64,000 nt of DNA, taken from a virus (lineage: Duplodnaviria > Heunggongvirae > Uroviricota > Caudoviricetes). The stretch lies in the IMG/VR virus record IMGVR_UViG_3300028584_001240; one strand, written 5' to 3'. A model generated the notes under the pieces. The model was not told the DNA's origin. It saw only the letters and a program-made list of their open reading frames with translations, and did no database searches. The stretch's first letter is position 1, and the number at the start of each line of letters is the position of its first letter. Of this stretch, positions 9,876 through 19,367 are shown piece by piece. The position numbers were made by a program, and so were the translations under genes.

Positions 9876-10364
9876 TTATTGATTTTCTTTAATTGACTTC
9901 AATTTAGTATTTGAAATCTCAGTAATCAAGTCATGCATAAATCCACAAATAGCAACAAGAAACATAAATGAAGCAAGAAACAACACAGCAGATAAACCGC
10001 CTTCATGCATATCGGCAACACAAAGAAGGAGAATTTCACCGCACACCAAAACTCCTGCCAATATTTTCATTAATAGCATTAAACTTTTAACATGTTCTTT
10101 TGGTGTTTTTGCAAAGACGCACATTATCCATAAACCAAAAACACCTAACGGAATAACAAAATTCCAGATATTATCTTGAATAAAATGTTTACTTGGTAAA
10201 AATAAATTATTAACGAATAATATCGCACTCCATATATTGGCAGCATAAAAACTAGTTAATTTGGCTATTCCAATAATGATAGCAAGAACACCTGCAAACA
10301 GCAATAATTGCAAACCGCATTTAAACATTGTTTTTAATAATTCATTATTTTCATTGTTATTCAT
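9876..10364 (-). CDS. Multi-pass membrane protein
   Basis: 162 aa with about 4 hydrophobic segments. Confidence 0.75.
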   Translation of the reverse strand: MNNNENNELLKTMFKCGLQLLLFAGVLAIIIGIAKLTSFYAANIWSAILFVNNLFLPSKHFIQDNIWNFVIPLGVFGLWIMCVFAKTPKEHVKSLMLLMKILAGVLVCGEILLLCVADMHEGGLSAVLFLASFMFLVAICGFMHDLITEISNTKLKSIKENQ

Positions 10365-10480
10365 AATTAAACCTTTATTTGATATCCATTATTATATTAA
10401 ATGATACAACTTAATATAAGGTAGCAAGATGTCTAAAAAAGTCAATATAATAAAGAAATAAATATAATTAAACATCAATA

Positions 10481-10504
10481 AAAAATAAAGAGGCCGAAGC
10501 CTCT
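10481..10504 (-). terminator. Intrinsic terminator after the GlyRS-like gene
   Basis: AGAGGC-TTCG-GCCTCT followed by a T-rich tract on minus strand. Confidence 0.8.
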
Positions 10505-10510
10505 ATATAA

Positions 10511-11266
10511 TTATAGTTCATTCGTTACAACTAATTCTTTAAACACGGTTTGTCTTTGATTGATGTTATAGATTAAACGTTCAAGACCAAAAGCTATTTC
10601 CAGCACAAAACATTCTCTTGGTTGATTTTTGACCATCGGTTGATAAGTAAAATCTTTTCTTAATGACACTGAACAGACTTCCATCCATTTATCATTATTG
10701 AATACTTCTATATCAATTGTTTTTAAAGAATAATCAGGCAATCTATCGGAAAGAACAATTCTGACTGGTAAAGCAACCACATCCAAGAATATTTGAGCCA
10801 AAGGTTCTATAATACTTTCTTGGTAGTTATTCTTTGTGTCTTTTGTATATAAACATTGAAATTCTTGTTGATAGAATTCTTTGTATCTGCAGTGTTTGGT
10901 TACTTGGTCCTGTTCACGTCTAAAACTCTTTGATGTCTGCCATACACACAATGGTGGCATGTAATCCTGAGATTTTAAAAGATGTTCCATATACAAATAG
11001 GAACTTGCCGTAGTTTCTGGTTTAAGCACAATAGCGTCATGATTATGTTCTTCCTGTACCCATATATCTTCATCCGTATAATTAGCATTGACTAATTCTC
11101 TCGGAATTAAGCAAGGGGCTTCTATTTGGATAAATCGCCATGATTTATTCTGAGCAAAAAGTAACTCTTGAATTTCAAATTCCATCAGTTTAACCAGATA
11201 GTCTTTCAACATCAAGTCTCGTTTGTTTAAAAAAGGTAAAGCATTAAAGTTGTAAATAAATTCCAT
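10511..11266 (-). CDS. Class II aminoacyl-tRNA synthetase catalytic core, alpha2-type GlyRS-like, lacking the anticodon-binding domain (251 aa)
   Basis: Start moved to MEFIY (AGGAG SD). LKPETT, motif 2 KSFRRE..R.KEFYQQE, LPDYS..T.DIE...W.EV.....R.DF, motif 3 VLEIAFGLERL; ORF ends shortly after motif 3; Gly leader upstream. Confidence 0.8.
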   Translation of the reverse strand: MEFIYNFNALPFLNKRDLMLKDYLVKLMEFEIQELLFAQNKSWRFIQIEAPCLIPRELVNANYTDEDIWVQEEHNHDAIVLKPETTASSYLYMEHLLKSQDYMPPLCVWQTSKSFRREQDQVTKHCRYKEFYQQEFQCLYTKDTKNNYQESIIEPLAQIFLDVVALPVRIVLSDRLPDYSLKTIDIEVFNNDKWMEVCSVSLRKDFTYQPMVKNQPRECFVLEIAFGLERLIYNINQRQTVFKELVVTNEL

Positions 11267-11303
11267 GATAGTTCTCCTAGTTAGTTTGTTAAATTTTAAG
11301 CAT

Positions 11304-11326
11304 AAAAAAACCGCCGTTAGGCGGTT
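11304..11326 (-). terminator. Attenuator terminator in the leader of the GlyRS-like gene
   Basis: AACCGCC-TAAC-GGCGGTTTTTTT between leader ORF and CDS. Confidence 0.85.
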
Positions 11327-11367
11327 CGTGTCATTGTCAAAGGACAAACAGGTATACGCCAAAACCT

Positions 11368-11418
11368 TTAAGTTTGACGGCCACCACCAACAATGTTTGA
11401 AAAATTAATATGTTTCAT
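11368..11418 (-). CDS. Gly-rich leader peptide MKHINFSNIVGGGRQT
   Basis: AAGGA SD; GGT GGT GGC run; lies between promoter and attenuator terminator. Confidence 0.85.
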   Translation of the reverse strand: MKHINFSNIVGGGRQT

Positions 11419-11445
11419 GTGTTTATCCTTTTTGAAATTACTTTA

Positions 11446-11474
11446 ACTTTAACAAAACAAAGAGATTAAGTCAA
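11446..11474 (-). promoter_or_regulatory. Promoter of the Gly leader/GlyRS-like unit
   Basis: TTGACT-N17-TAAAGT with TGn extension. Confidence 0.6.
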
Positions 11475-11595
11475 CATTTTTCTTAAATCATAAGTAAAAA
11501 AAGAGTAAAGTGATTGTAAATAAGAACAATATTGATTTACTTTCTAGAAAATAGGAATAAGATGTAAGTATTAAACAAACATCTCTGAGGCACTT

Positions 11596-12000
11596 ATGAA
11601 ATTCCTATTCGGCATCCCATTATTGTTCACACTAAGTGGATGTATTGCTGATCCTTATTATGATGATTCATACAGCTATACAGAAACAACAACAAGAACG
11701 CAGTATGTTCCATCGGGAAGTTCGATGATTTATACTGAAACAGTTGTTCGTCCACAGATTTACTATCAACCAGCACCAGTGTATGTGTATCCAAGACCCG
11801 TTTATAGACCTTACTACAACGATAGAGGGCCACATTATAGACCTCATTATAATAGACCGGGACATGATTACAGACCTAACCGTCCACATAGACCTGACTA
11901 TAACAATGGTCATGGCAGACCTGATGGACATGGACCTAGACCGGGAAATGGCAACGATCATGGTGGTCGTCCTGATAGACCGCGTGGTGGTAGAGATTAA
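11596..12000 (+). CDS. Putative lipoprotein with Pro/Tyr-rich and R/P/H/G low-complexity tail
   Basis: MKFLFGIPLLFTLSG-C lipobox; YRP and GHGxP repeats. Confidence 0.85.
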   Translation: MKFLFGIPLLFTLSGCIADPYYDDSYSYTETTTRTQYVPSGSSMIYTETVVRPQIYYQPAPVYVYPRPVYRPYYNDRGPHYRPHYNRPGHDYRPNRPHRPDYNNGHGRPDGHGPRPGNGNDHGGRPDRPRGGRD

Positions 12001-12004
12001 GATT

Positions 12005-12035
12005 AAAAAAAAGCAGCCTAAATGGTTGCTTTTTT
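12005..12035. terminator. Bidirectional intrinsic terminator
   Basis: A-run-GCAGCC-TAAAT-GGTTGC-T-run. Confidence 0.75.
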
Positions 12036-12045
12036 ATAGTTAATT

Positions 12046-12675
12046 CTATTCGCCTGTTAATTTATCCAGTGGATATAGAAAAGACGTTTTTGTAGAATTG
12101 TAATAACCTGATTGCGGGAAACTGTGTAAGATGTTTCTAACTCTGTAAAATAATTGATTACTTTTAAACAATTTAAACTTGGTTTCTTTTAATACATCTA
12201 AATTATCATAATTAGGTACAGCACATAATTTATATTCTAATGACATCAATGCATCAATACTTTCAAACATTAAATAAATCGCATCAATAACTTCTTTATT
12301 TGAAGCACTAGTTAATGCTGGTTTTGTGTCTAATTTACTTTCTAATAAATCAATAGTTGATTTAACTTCATTTTCAAATGCCGACATATCAAAAGAAAGT
12401 TCTGGATTGTTGATCTTGTGTTTATGGCAGTAATTATTAGCAAAGTCGTTTAGATTACTTGCATAGTTTTTATAAAATTTTAAAACAGTAAATTTCATAT
12501 GTCCATGCGTTTTATAAACTTTCAGTAATACATCATTAATATCTCTTATCTCGGTGCGAGATTCGCATTTGACAGATGGGAGATTAACAAAATAATCAAT
12601 TTTTTCTGCAGTTAATTTATGTAGACCATAAACGAATTGTAGATATTCTTTAATAGCTCTCTCATGATTACTCAT
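12046..12675 (-). CDS. Hypothetical protein
   Basis: 209-aa ORF, AAGGAG SD. Confidence 0.8.
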   Translation of the reverse strand: MSNHERAIKEYLQFVYGLHKLTAEKIDYFVNLPSVKCESRTEIRDINDVLLKVYKTHGHMKFTVLKFYKNYASNLNDFANNYCHKHKINNPELSFDMSAFENEVKSTIDLLESKLDTKPALTSASNKEVIDAIYLMFESIDALMSLEYKLCAVPNYDNLDVLKETKFKLFKSNQLFYRVRNILHSFPQSGYYNSTKTSFLYPLDKLTGE

Positions 12676-12765
12676 TATTTACTCCTTATTGGTTGATAAT
12701 ATATCAAAAAAATTGAAAGATGTCAAAAGAATGATACAATAATATTAAACAATAATTTAGTAGAT

Positions 12766-14070
12766 ATGATTAAAATTACAGGTGTCACGGATTTAATTAT
12801 GGGTTCATGGGATTATCACCAGACGAAAAAAGACCTGAAAGATAATAATATGGGACTTGAATTGAGTGATTCATATCTTTCTTATCATGGTGCAAAAGCA
12901 GTACTTGGAGCTGTTAGATTTACAACACTAGGTATAGCTTACGGTTATGCTCTAAATACAGGAGCCTTTAATCAATTAGACAGCATAAGTGTAGGGTTAG
13001 TGGCTGCATTTACGGCGGGTCATATAGTTAATGGAATTATTCAATATGCTCCATCCTTACTAAAAGATGAAGCACTTTCATATAAGAGATTTCAAGGTAA
13101 TATTCTAAAAGATAACGAAATTTTTAATAAGATTACCAATCAAACAGAACTATCTGTACACACTTCATATCAATTGTTTATGGTGGGTAATAAGCTGGCT
13201 ACTGGTAATCCATTCGATAAAATAGTGTTTAAAATGAAAGAACAAATATCATTATGGAAAGAGAAATGGAACAATGAACAACTTGATCAATTTAATTTTA
13301 TTTCAAAAGCTGTTTTAAAATTAATAAAGAAATCAGATAGGTTAAGTGATATCCTAACTAAATTTGTTAAAGACAGCCCATTAAAAGTCGAAACTAACAA
13401 AATAATAAAAGTTCATGGAAATATCGAATCAAAAGAAAATGAATATTTCAGATCATACATGGCTGAAAAATACCCAGAAGAACAGAAAGTGAAAAAAAGT
13501 TGTGAAGAAAGGTTAGCAGGACTAAATCAGAAGGCAATATTGTCCGCTTATGATATAATAAGACAGCAAAACGTACAATTGTTTTTTGCTAAAATCGTAA
13601 TGGACTACAATAAGGGTCATATTCATAGTGATCTTATCAAGAAATTCGCGGAACTAAATAATCAAACAAAAATACCAGAAAAAGGTAAAAACACTTATCA
13701 GGAATTTGAACCTTATGCCAATATATCAAGAATGGCAAGAAAAATGATGGATAACAAAAAATTATACCTACCTGATGTAGATGTTAAAAAAATATTAAAA
13801 GACATTAATAAAGAAATGGTCAATGATAATAAAATAAAAATATATTCATTCAATAATATTTTTTATCATACAAAGAAAAAAATAATTAACAAAGAACTTG
13901 AAAAACAAGCACTTGGAAATATACTTAAATCTGATAAAAAGGCTGTCGTCAACGAAATAGAAATTGATAACAATTCATTCAACGAGATTGTAAAAATAAC
14001 AGATAAAAAACTAAATGAAGAGAAAAAGATTGCAGAAAAAATTCAAGAAGCAAAGAAAAACAAAATATAA
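12766..14070 (+). CDS. Hypothetical protein with N-terminal hydrophobic hairpin and basic C-terminal tail
   Basis: Gly/Ala-rich hydrophobic segments at about aa 45-95; ends EAKKNKI. Confidence 0.8.
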   Translation: MIKITGVTDLIMGSWDYHQTKKDLKDNNMGLELSDSYLSYHGAKAVLGAVRFTTLGIAYGYALNTGAFNQLDSISVGLVAAFTAGHIVNGIIQYAPSLLKDEALSYKRFQGNILKDNEIFNKITNQTELSVHTSYQLFMVGNKLATGNPFDKIVFKMKEQISLWKEKWNNEQLDQFNFISKAVLKLIKKSDRLSDILTKFVKDSPLKVETNKIIKVHGNIESKENEYFRSYMAEKYPEEQKVKKSCEERLAGLNQKAILSAYDIIRQQNVQLFFAKIVMDYNKGHIHSDLIKKFAELNNQTKIPEKGKNTYQEFEPYANISRMARKMMDNKKLYLPDVDVKKILKDINKEMVNDNKIKIYSFNNIFYHTKKKIINKELEKQALGNILKSDKKAVVNEIEIDNNSFNEIVKITDKKLNEEKKIAEKIQEAKKNKI

Positions 14071-14092
14071 CTCAGCCGTAGCTGAGTTTTTT
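14069..14092 (+). terminator. Intrinsic terminator
   Basis: AACTCAGC-CGTA-GCTGAGTTTTTT. Confidence 0.8.
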
Positions 14093-15173
14093 ATAATTTC
14101 GCAATGATATTATAATTGTGTACTTGTTTGTTTTTGATATTCTTTTCAAAATAGATTTCTGGATTACTGACATATTTCTCTTCGGATGTATAATACCTTA
14201 CCGTTTTATAACCTAAACCATGCATCATATCGACTAATGAATCAATGTCTCTTATTTTACTAATCACATCGCGTTGCACTTGTGTAATAACACCTTTATC
14301 CATAAGATATTGACCAATCTTACTGTAAGTAACAAACACATTGCTTTTATCAATAAGACCCAATGAGATTTCATCATCACGACCTGTTTCAAGTTTTTTA
14401 AGATAAGCCATTGGCTGCAATAAGTTAACATTTTTATCCATAAAATGTATAAGTTCTTTCTTTAAATTGTGTGTGCTTGTTCGCATACCATCGTTATTGC
14501 TTCTTAACGTTTCAAGTAGCTCAGAAAATTCATTAGTGTACTCAGTAAAACCACATTCAACATAGTTTTCAAACTTTGTTTTTGTCTTGCTTAATGATTT
14601 CTCTATCTGATAAATATCATTCTTACTTCTCTCTATCTTTTCTTGCAAATCATATTTATTATCAATGTAGTCATCATCATCCATATCGAGATCTTCGAAT
14701 TCTGATTCAAAACGAGCCAGTTGATCATTTTCTGCATTAAGATCTTTCTCTTCCTCAATATAAGCTTCATGTAGTGTTTCCCACTCTTTAATCATTTTAT
14801 TGATATTGTTGGCTTGCCTTTCTACTTCATCAAGGTAATCAAGACTTAATCTTTCTTCAATATCTTCATAATATTCAAGTATATCTTCTCGATGACCTTC
14901 TGGAATTAAATCTTTATCCATCTCATCAAATAAGTTACTAACATCAACTGCCCACTGCTGCAATTGGGCTACACGGTCTTGTAATTCATGCAATGTTAAA
15001 TACATTTCTTCTGGATTAAATAAGATGTCTACTTCATAAACAACTGATGAACGTTCACTGTTAAAGATGAGTGCATTGATCAATGGGCATGTATTGGGTG
15101 GTTGATTAGTAATCCCTAATAACGTATCTTCTTTAATTTGACTAATGGATGATAATTCTTTTAATGATTTCAT
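14091..15173 (-). CDS. Acidic coiled-coil hypothetical protein, paralog of 15175..16242
   Basis: Shared MKSLK.L.SI.Q, QP.NTCPLI, RSNND and QPM.YLKKLETG..DEISLGL.DKS. Confidence 0.85.
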   Translation of the reverse strand: MKSLKELSSISQIKEDTLLGITNQPPNTCPLINALIFNSERSSVVYEVDILFNPEEMYLTLHELQDRVAQLQQWAVDVSNLFDEMDKDLIPEGHREDILEYYEDIEERLSLDYLDEVERQANNINKMIKEWETLHEAYIEEEKDLNAENDQLARFESEFEDLDMDDDDYIDNKYDLQEKIERSKNDIYQIEKSLSKTKTKFENYVECGFTEYTNEFSELLETLRSNNDGMRTSTHNLKKELIHFMDKNVNLLQPMAYLKKLETGRDDEISLGLIDKSNVFVTYSKIGQYLMDKGVITQVQRDVISKIRDIDSLVDMMHGLGYKTVRYYTSEEKYVSNPEIYFEKNIKNKQVHNYNIIAKL

Positions 15174-15174
15174 G

Positions 15175-16242
15175 TTAAAGTCTCGGTTTAAGTTTACTTT
15201 CAGTTATTAATTCTTGGCTAAAATTGACTTCTTTGTAGAGTTCTGGGTGTTTTATACTGATAATTGGGTCGTCATAATATCGTATTGTGGTATAACCAGA
15301 CTTCTTCAAAAAGTCTAACAAAGGTTCAACGTCATCACATCTTTTTAATAATGTCTTCGCTATATCATTTATGACATCATGCTTATTGAGGTATTCAGTT
15401 AACTTTTCAAATGTCTGGGAGTAATAAGACTTATCAACAAGTCCTAGTGATATTTCATCTGGTTTGCCTGTTTCGAGTTTTTTTAGATAATCCATTGGTT
15501 GGGTGACATTAAAATCATTGTGGGCATATTCAATAACCATATCTCTTAAATAAATAACCGTATGTCGCAATTCATCATTATTTGAGCGAATCGACTCCAT
15601 TAATTCAGTAAAGGCATTAAGTTCCTTCTCAAAAGGTTTAGAAACATCAGAATTAAAATCATCTTTTAACTCTTCAAGTTTTTCATTAATATCTTCAACT
15701 GCAGTTTTTGCTGTGGCTATTGCAGCAACAGCATCTTCATAACCTTCATCTTCTGGTTCATTATCAAAATTACTTTCTAACTGGTCATGTTCCTTTTCGG
15801 CATTATCAAGTTCTCGTTCAACACGTAAATAATAAGCATGCTTATCCTGCCAATCATAAATAAGGTCATTAATGGTTTTGACACTGCAACCCACTTCATA
15901 CATTTTATTCCATGCTATTCTGTCTGTAATATCGGTTATATAGTCATCCATATTAACGATATCATCATTATCAATAATGGATTTATCTAATATTGAATAA
16001 ACATCAACCACTTCACTGGCCCATTTTTCAAGCGTTTCAATACGTTCTGCAAGACTTTTCTCATCCAGTAACAAATGTTTTGGATCATATTCAATGTCAA
16101 GGTCATAAATAGGACTACGGCGTTGCCCTAAATAGATTAAAGGGTCTATTAAAGGGCACGTATTGTCTGGTTGTGGTGTTATCTCTAACATGTGATCAAG
16201 TCTAACTTGACGTATGGATGGAAGATCCTTTAAAGACTTCAT
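15175..16242 (-). CDS. Acidic coiled-coil hypothetical protein, paralog of 14091..15173
   Basis: Same shared motifs; ends SKLKPRL. Confidence 0.85.
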   Translation of the reverse strand: MKSLKDLPSIRQVRLDHMLEITPQPDNTCPLIDPLIYLGQRRSPIYDLDIEYDPKHLLLDEKSLAERIETLEKWASEVVDVYSILDKSIIDNDDIVNMDDYITDITDRIAWNKMYEVGCSVKTINDLIYDWQDKHAYYLRVERELDNAEKEHDQLESNFDNEPEDEGYEDAVAAIATAKTAVEDINEKLEELKDDFNSDVSKPFEKELNAFTELMESIRSNNDELRHTVIYLRDMVIEYAHNDFNVTQPMDYLKKLETGKPDEISLGLVDKSYYSQTFEKLTEYLNKHDVINDIAKTLLKRCDDVEPLLDFLKKSGYTTIRYYDDPIISIKHPELYKEVNFSQELITESKLKPRL

Positions 16243-16299
16243 GTTTTTGCCTACTGTTTTTTACATTATAGCATAAGTGCTATAATTATTCAAAAAACA

Positions 16300-16659
16300 T
16301 CAATCAAACAATTTTTCTATGACTTTAACCATACGCTTTGCTTCTTTTCTCGCTTTAACCAACTTTTTTCGCCAAGCTGCTTGTTCTTTTCGGGTTCTTT
16401 TTTGGAAGGATAATTCTGAAAAGCTACGAATGGGAATATTATTTTCATCAACAATCTCACCAATTATCCAGTCAAAGAGATAACCTTCTTTAATATTTTG
16501 ATGGTCGGAAACATCAAAAACAGAAAAATTAAATTCCCCTATTTCTTCGTCAGACTTTGGATTAGTCACATCATATAAAATGGCAAAAAAAGTCTTTTTT
16601 TCAATGTCTACTGAATCAATATAACCTTCAAATTCTTGTAATATTTGTTTATGCTCCAT
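16300..16659 (-). CDS. Hypothetical protein
   Basis: 119 aa, AGGAG SD, basic C-terminal helix. Confidence 0.8.
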   Translation of the reverse strand: MEHKQILQEFEGYIDSVDIEKKTFFAILYDVTNPKSDEEIGEFNFSVFDVSDHQNIKEGYLFDWIIGEIVDENNIPIRSFSELSFQKRTRKEQAAWRKKLVKARKEAKRMVKVIEKLFD

Positions 16660-16693
16660 CTCTATTCTCCTGTTGATAACTACAATAACACAA

Positions 16694-17449
16694 CTATTTA
16701 TTAAATAAAACCATATGTGCTAACTTAAGTTGAGCATGAACTAAATCTATATCCAATGGTTTCGGTAATGGACCATAAAATTGTGTGAATATTTCGTCAA
16801 AACTTTCTAATGAATCCATTAATATATAATGTTTTAAGAGTAGGTTTTCGTCTTTGACATTAAAGCCCTGTTGGTAAGTTCTAAACTTAGCATTGTATTT
16901 ATCAACAATGCCATTAAAAAGTCCCCTCTGATTGCCTACAAACAGTTTTCCAACAGGATTATAATCCTTGTCAAAATCATAGCCAATATAGAATTCTGAC
17001 ATCATATATTTAATTTTAAAATAATTATGAAGATGAAATGCTTCATGAATATAGCAAAGTTCAAAGTTGTCATTATAAAACATAATTTTATTTTCAACCG
17101 AATCTTTAAACGATTGTTCATCACCACAGTGGATAAATAAAGTTAAGTCCAGATTTAAAAGAACATGATATTTAAATTGAGACGCAAGTGGACTATCGAG
17201 AATTTTAATAAAATCATCAATTTTTGTATCCACTGTTTTTTGATATACGGAGTCTATAATAGATACATTAGTTTTAGTGTCTTTAAATTCAATAGTAACA
17301 CTGACCCCATCATAAGAAGTCATTACCGTAATATCATCTAATGTAAATACTCTTTTTAGCAAACCTTTATGATTGATTGATTCCAGTCCAATAGCAATCA
17401 TACGTTCTAATTGAGATTTCTCAATATTTTTAACTTTATTTATCATCAT
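16694..17449 (-). CDS. Hypothetical protein; C-terminal-motif family (variant)
   Basis: ATGA overlap with upstream gene; ends LAHMVLF-NK. Confidence 0.8.
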   Translation of the reverse strand: MMINKVKNIEKSQLERMIAIGLESINHKGLLKRVFTLDDITVMTSYDGVSVTIEFKDTKTNVSIIDSVYQKTVDTKIDDFIKILDSPLASQFKYHVLLNLDLTLFIHCGDEQSFKDSVENKIMFYNDNFELCYIHEAFHLHNYFKIKYMMSEFYIGYDFDKDYNPVGKLFVGNQRGLFNGIVDKYNAKFRTYQQGFNVKDENLLLKHYILMDSLESFDEIFTQFYGPLPKPLDIDLVHAQLKLAHMVLFNK

Positions 17450-18570
17450 TTGGCCTTTGATACAGAAAAGAAGGTATTCTTGCTGGAATCATGTGAAGCA
17501 TTAAATGAACGTACATTGTATTCACCCTGATCAACATTCACAGTAATGCAACTATCAGATAATTCTTTAAAATCAATATTATGTTTCGTACAAAGATCTT
17601 TCATCAAATCATGATCAATCGCACAAACAGCCCAAAGATCGGTGCAAACATAACCCAAATCTTTTTCAGTATCCGTATAGTTTTTCACATAATCAGGATC
17701 TTCATCATCGTCACTATCATCGACATCAAGATCATCTTCACCTTCTTGTGGTGTATAAATGGATTCAAATTTTACTTCAATATTTTTTGTAATAGAGTCT
17801 TGAAATACATGTGGAGAAGTATTCCCAACTTGGACATAAATCATACCATGATTGTTCCAAAACTCTTGGGTATACATCACACCCAATTCACTGTTGATGC
17901 TGTTTGAGTAACCTGATTTTTCAGTAATATACTTATCAGCTTCAAAACGAGATAATTCTGGGAATAATTCACGGAGGTCATTCGCAAACAACAGTTTTCC
18001 TGATGGGATATTGAGTTTGTAAGTGTATTCATCAATGCCTTTTGTTAGTTTACAAGGCTGATGTCCTACAAACCTACCCATTCGGCTGTCTTCTGAAACA
18101 ACGCTAGTAAACATGCCATTTTTGAATGATGATTTAGTGGTTACACCACAAACAAAACAATAATGGTCAACCGTTAAAAACGAGGCATCAAGTGTTCTGA
18201 TGAATTCTGTTATAATTTTATCTTTGATAACGTTATCTACATCATTTTTAAGTTCTTCTTTATGTTTTAAGATCTCTCCAAAAAGTTTATAAGAAATCAC
18301 AAATTTGATTTGGTCACAATAACGTTGTACAAGGTAATCATATTCCATTGTGTCTTTAATTTCTTGCAAAGTAAGACCATCATATACACCCCTGTGATGA
18401 CCTTGAAGATCAACTTTCTTCGTCATAACAGTGGCTTTGAAATAAGTGTCAAAAAATGCATCTTCTTCTTTTTCCAAATGATGAACGTCTTCTTTGGCCT
18501 TCACAGGATCAACATCAAACATCAATGTATGGGCAGATTTGAAAATAATTGAATAATCAAGGTCTTTCAT
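17446..18570 (-). CDS. Hypothetical protein with CxxC and acidic tract
   Basis: CFVCG; EDDLDVDDSDDDED; GGAG SD. Confidence 0.8.
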   Translation of the reverse strand: MKDLDYSIIFKSAHTLMFDVDPVKAKEDVHHLEKEEDAFFDTYFKATVMTKKVDLQGHHRGVYDGLTLQEIKDTMEYDYLVQRYCDQIKFVISYKLFGEILKHKEELKNDVDNVIKDKIITEFIRTLDASFLTVDHYCFVCGVTTKSSFKNGMFTSVVSEDSRMGRFVGHQPCKLTKGIDEYTYKLNIPSGKLLFANDLRELFPELSRFEADKYITEKSGYSNSINSELGVMYTQEFWNNHGMIYVQVGNTSPHVFQDSITKNIEVKFESIYTPQEGEDDLDVDDSDDDEDPDYVKNYTDTEKDLGYVCTDLWAVCAIDHDLMKDLCTKHNIDFKELSDSCITVNVDQGEYNVRSFNASHDSSKNTFFSVSKAK

Positions 18571-18620
18571 GTTAAAACTCCATTAAAAATTTGTTTTATT
18601 ATAGCATAAATTGAGAATTG

Positions 18621-19367
18621 TTAAATTTTTGTCATGTCATATAAACTTAAAAAGGCTTCTGGATTTTCTTTAAATTTATTATACAAATCAGACCAGTCTT
18701 CTGTGTCAAATAATTCTTGAATATTTTCATCATGAATACTTAAAAAAGACATTTTAGCAAATATTAGGGCTTCTTGTGGGTTCGTAATCTTATAGAACCT
18801 ATTATAATCCTCACTATAAAGGCTTAATGAATTGGTATAATAACGATTACTGCCTCTTGCTGATGAAGGCCCATTACGATAACTATCAGAATATTTAAAC
18901 ACACCATCAATATCGGTTAACACACCATCAAAATTAAATTTTAGTGTAGGTGAAACACTCTCAACAATGTCAGAACGAGTCACTATAAAAGATGAGACTT
19001 CTTTAAAGTTAGCGAAATATGAAGTGAGATCATGTAAATGAAGCAATTCTTTTAAGGTGTCATCATCTTTGTCATTGAATTCAAATTCTATATAATTAAC
19101 TTTTAAGGAATCATCTTTAAACAAAGTAGCTGACAGCTTAAATTTAATAGGATGATCCGCATTAAATGCCCCAAACCCACAATCCAGTATATAAGTAGGT
19201 GTGAACACATACGTTTTATCTTTATCATTCATATGAAAAATTTCATTGTCCTTATTTTCTTTTACATAAGAACAACCATTAAGACCAATTCTTTGTACAA
19301 GTTCGGAAAACGTGGACAATATATCTCGTTCAACTTTATGCTTTGCATCGTCAGTGAATTTAGTCAT
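18621..19367 (-). CDS. Hypothetical protein; C-terminal-motif family
   Basis: ATGA overlap; ends LYDMTKI. Confidence 0.8.
   Translation of the reverse strand: MTKFTDDAKHKVERDILSTFSELVQRIGLNGCSYVKENKDNEIFHMNDKDKTYVFTPTYILDCGFGAFNADHPIKFKLSATLFKDDSLKVNYIEFEFNDKDDDTLKELLHLHDLTSYFANFKEVSSFIVTRSDIVESVSPTLKFNFDGVLTDIDGVFKYSDSYRNGPSSARGSNRYYTNSLSLYSEDYNRFYKITNPQEALIFAKMSFLSIHDENIQELFDTEDWSDLYNKFKENPEAFLSLYDMTKI

Noticed and set aside
11267-11362. ORF-track N-terminal extension of the GlyRS-like gene (MAYTCLSF...)
   Set aside because: Runs through the attenuator terminator; the AGGAG SD points to the ATG at 11266.
11300-11440. T-box or glycine riboswitch as the explanation for the GlyRS leader
   Set aside because: GGTGGTGGCCG lacks the UGGNACC T-box bulge, and I see no stem I or glycine-aptamer motif; a translated Gly leader explains it better.
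11790-12000. Short TATAGACC/GACC repeats as a CRISPR or DNA repeat array
   Set aside because: They encode YRP/RP peptide repeats of the lipoprotein; no constant repeat-spacer period.
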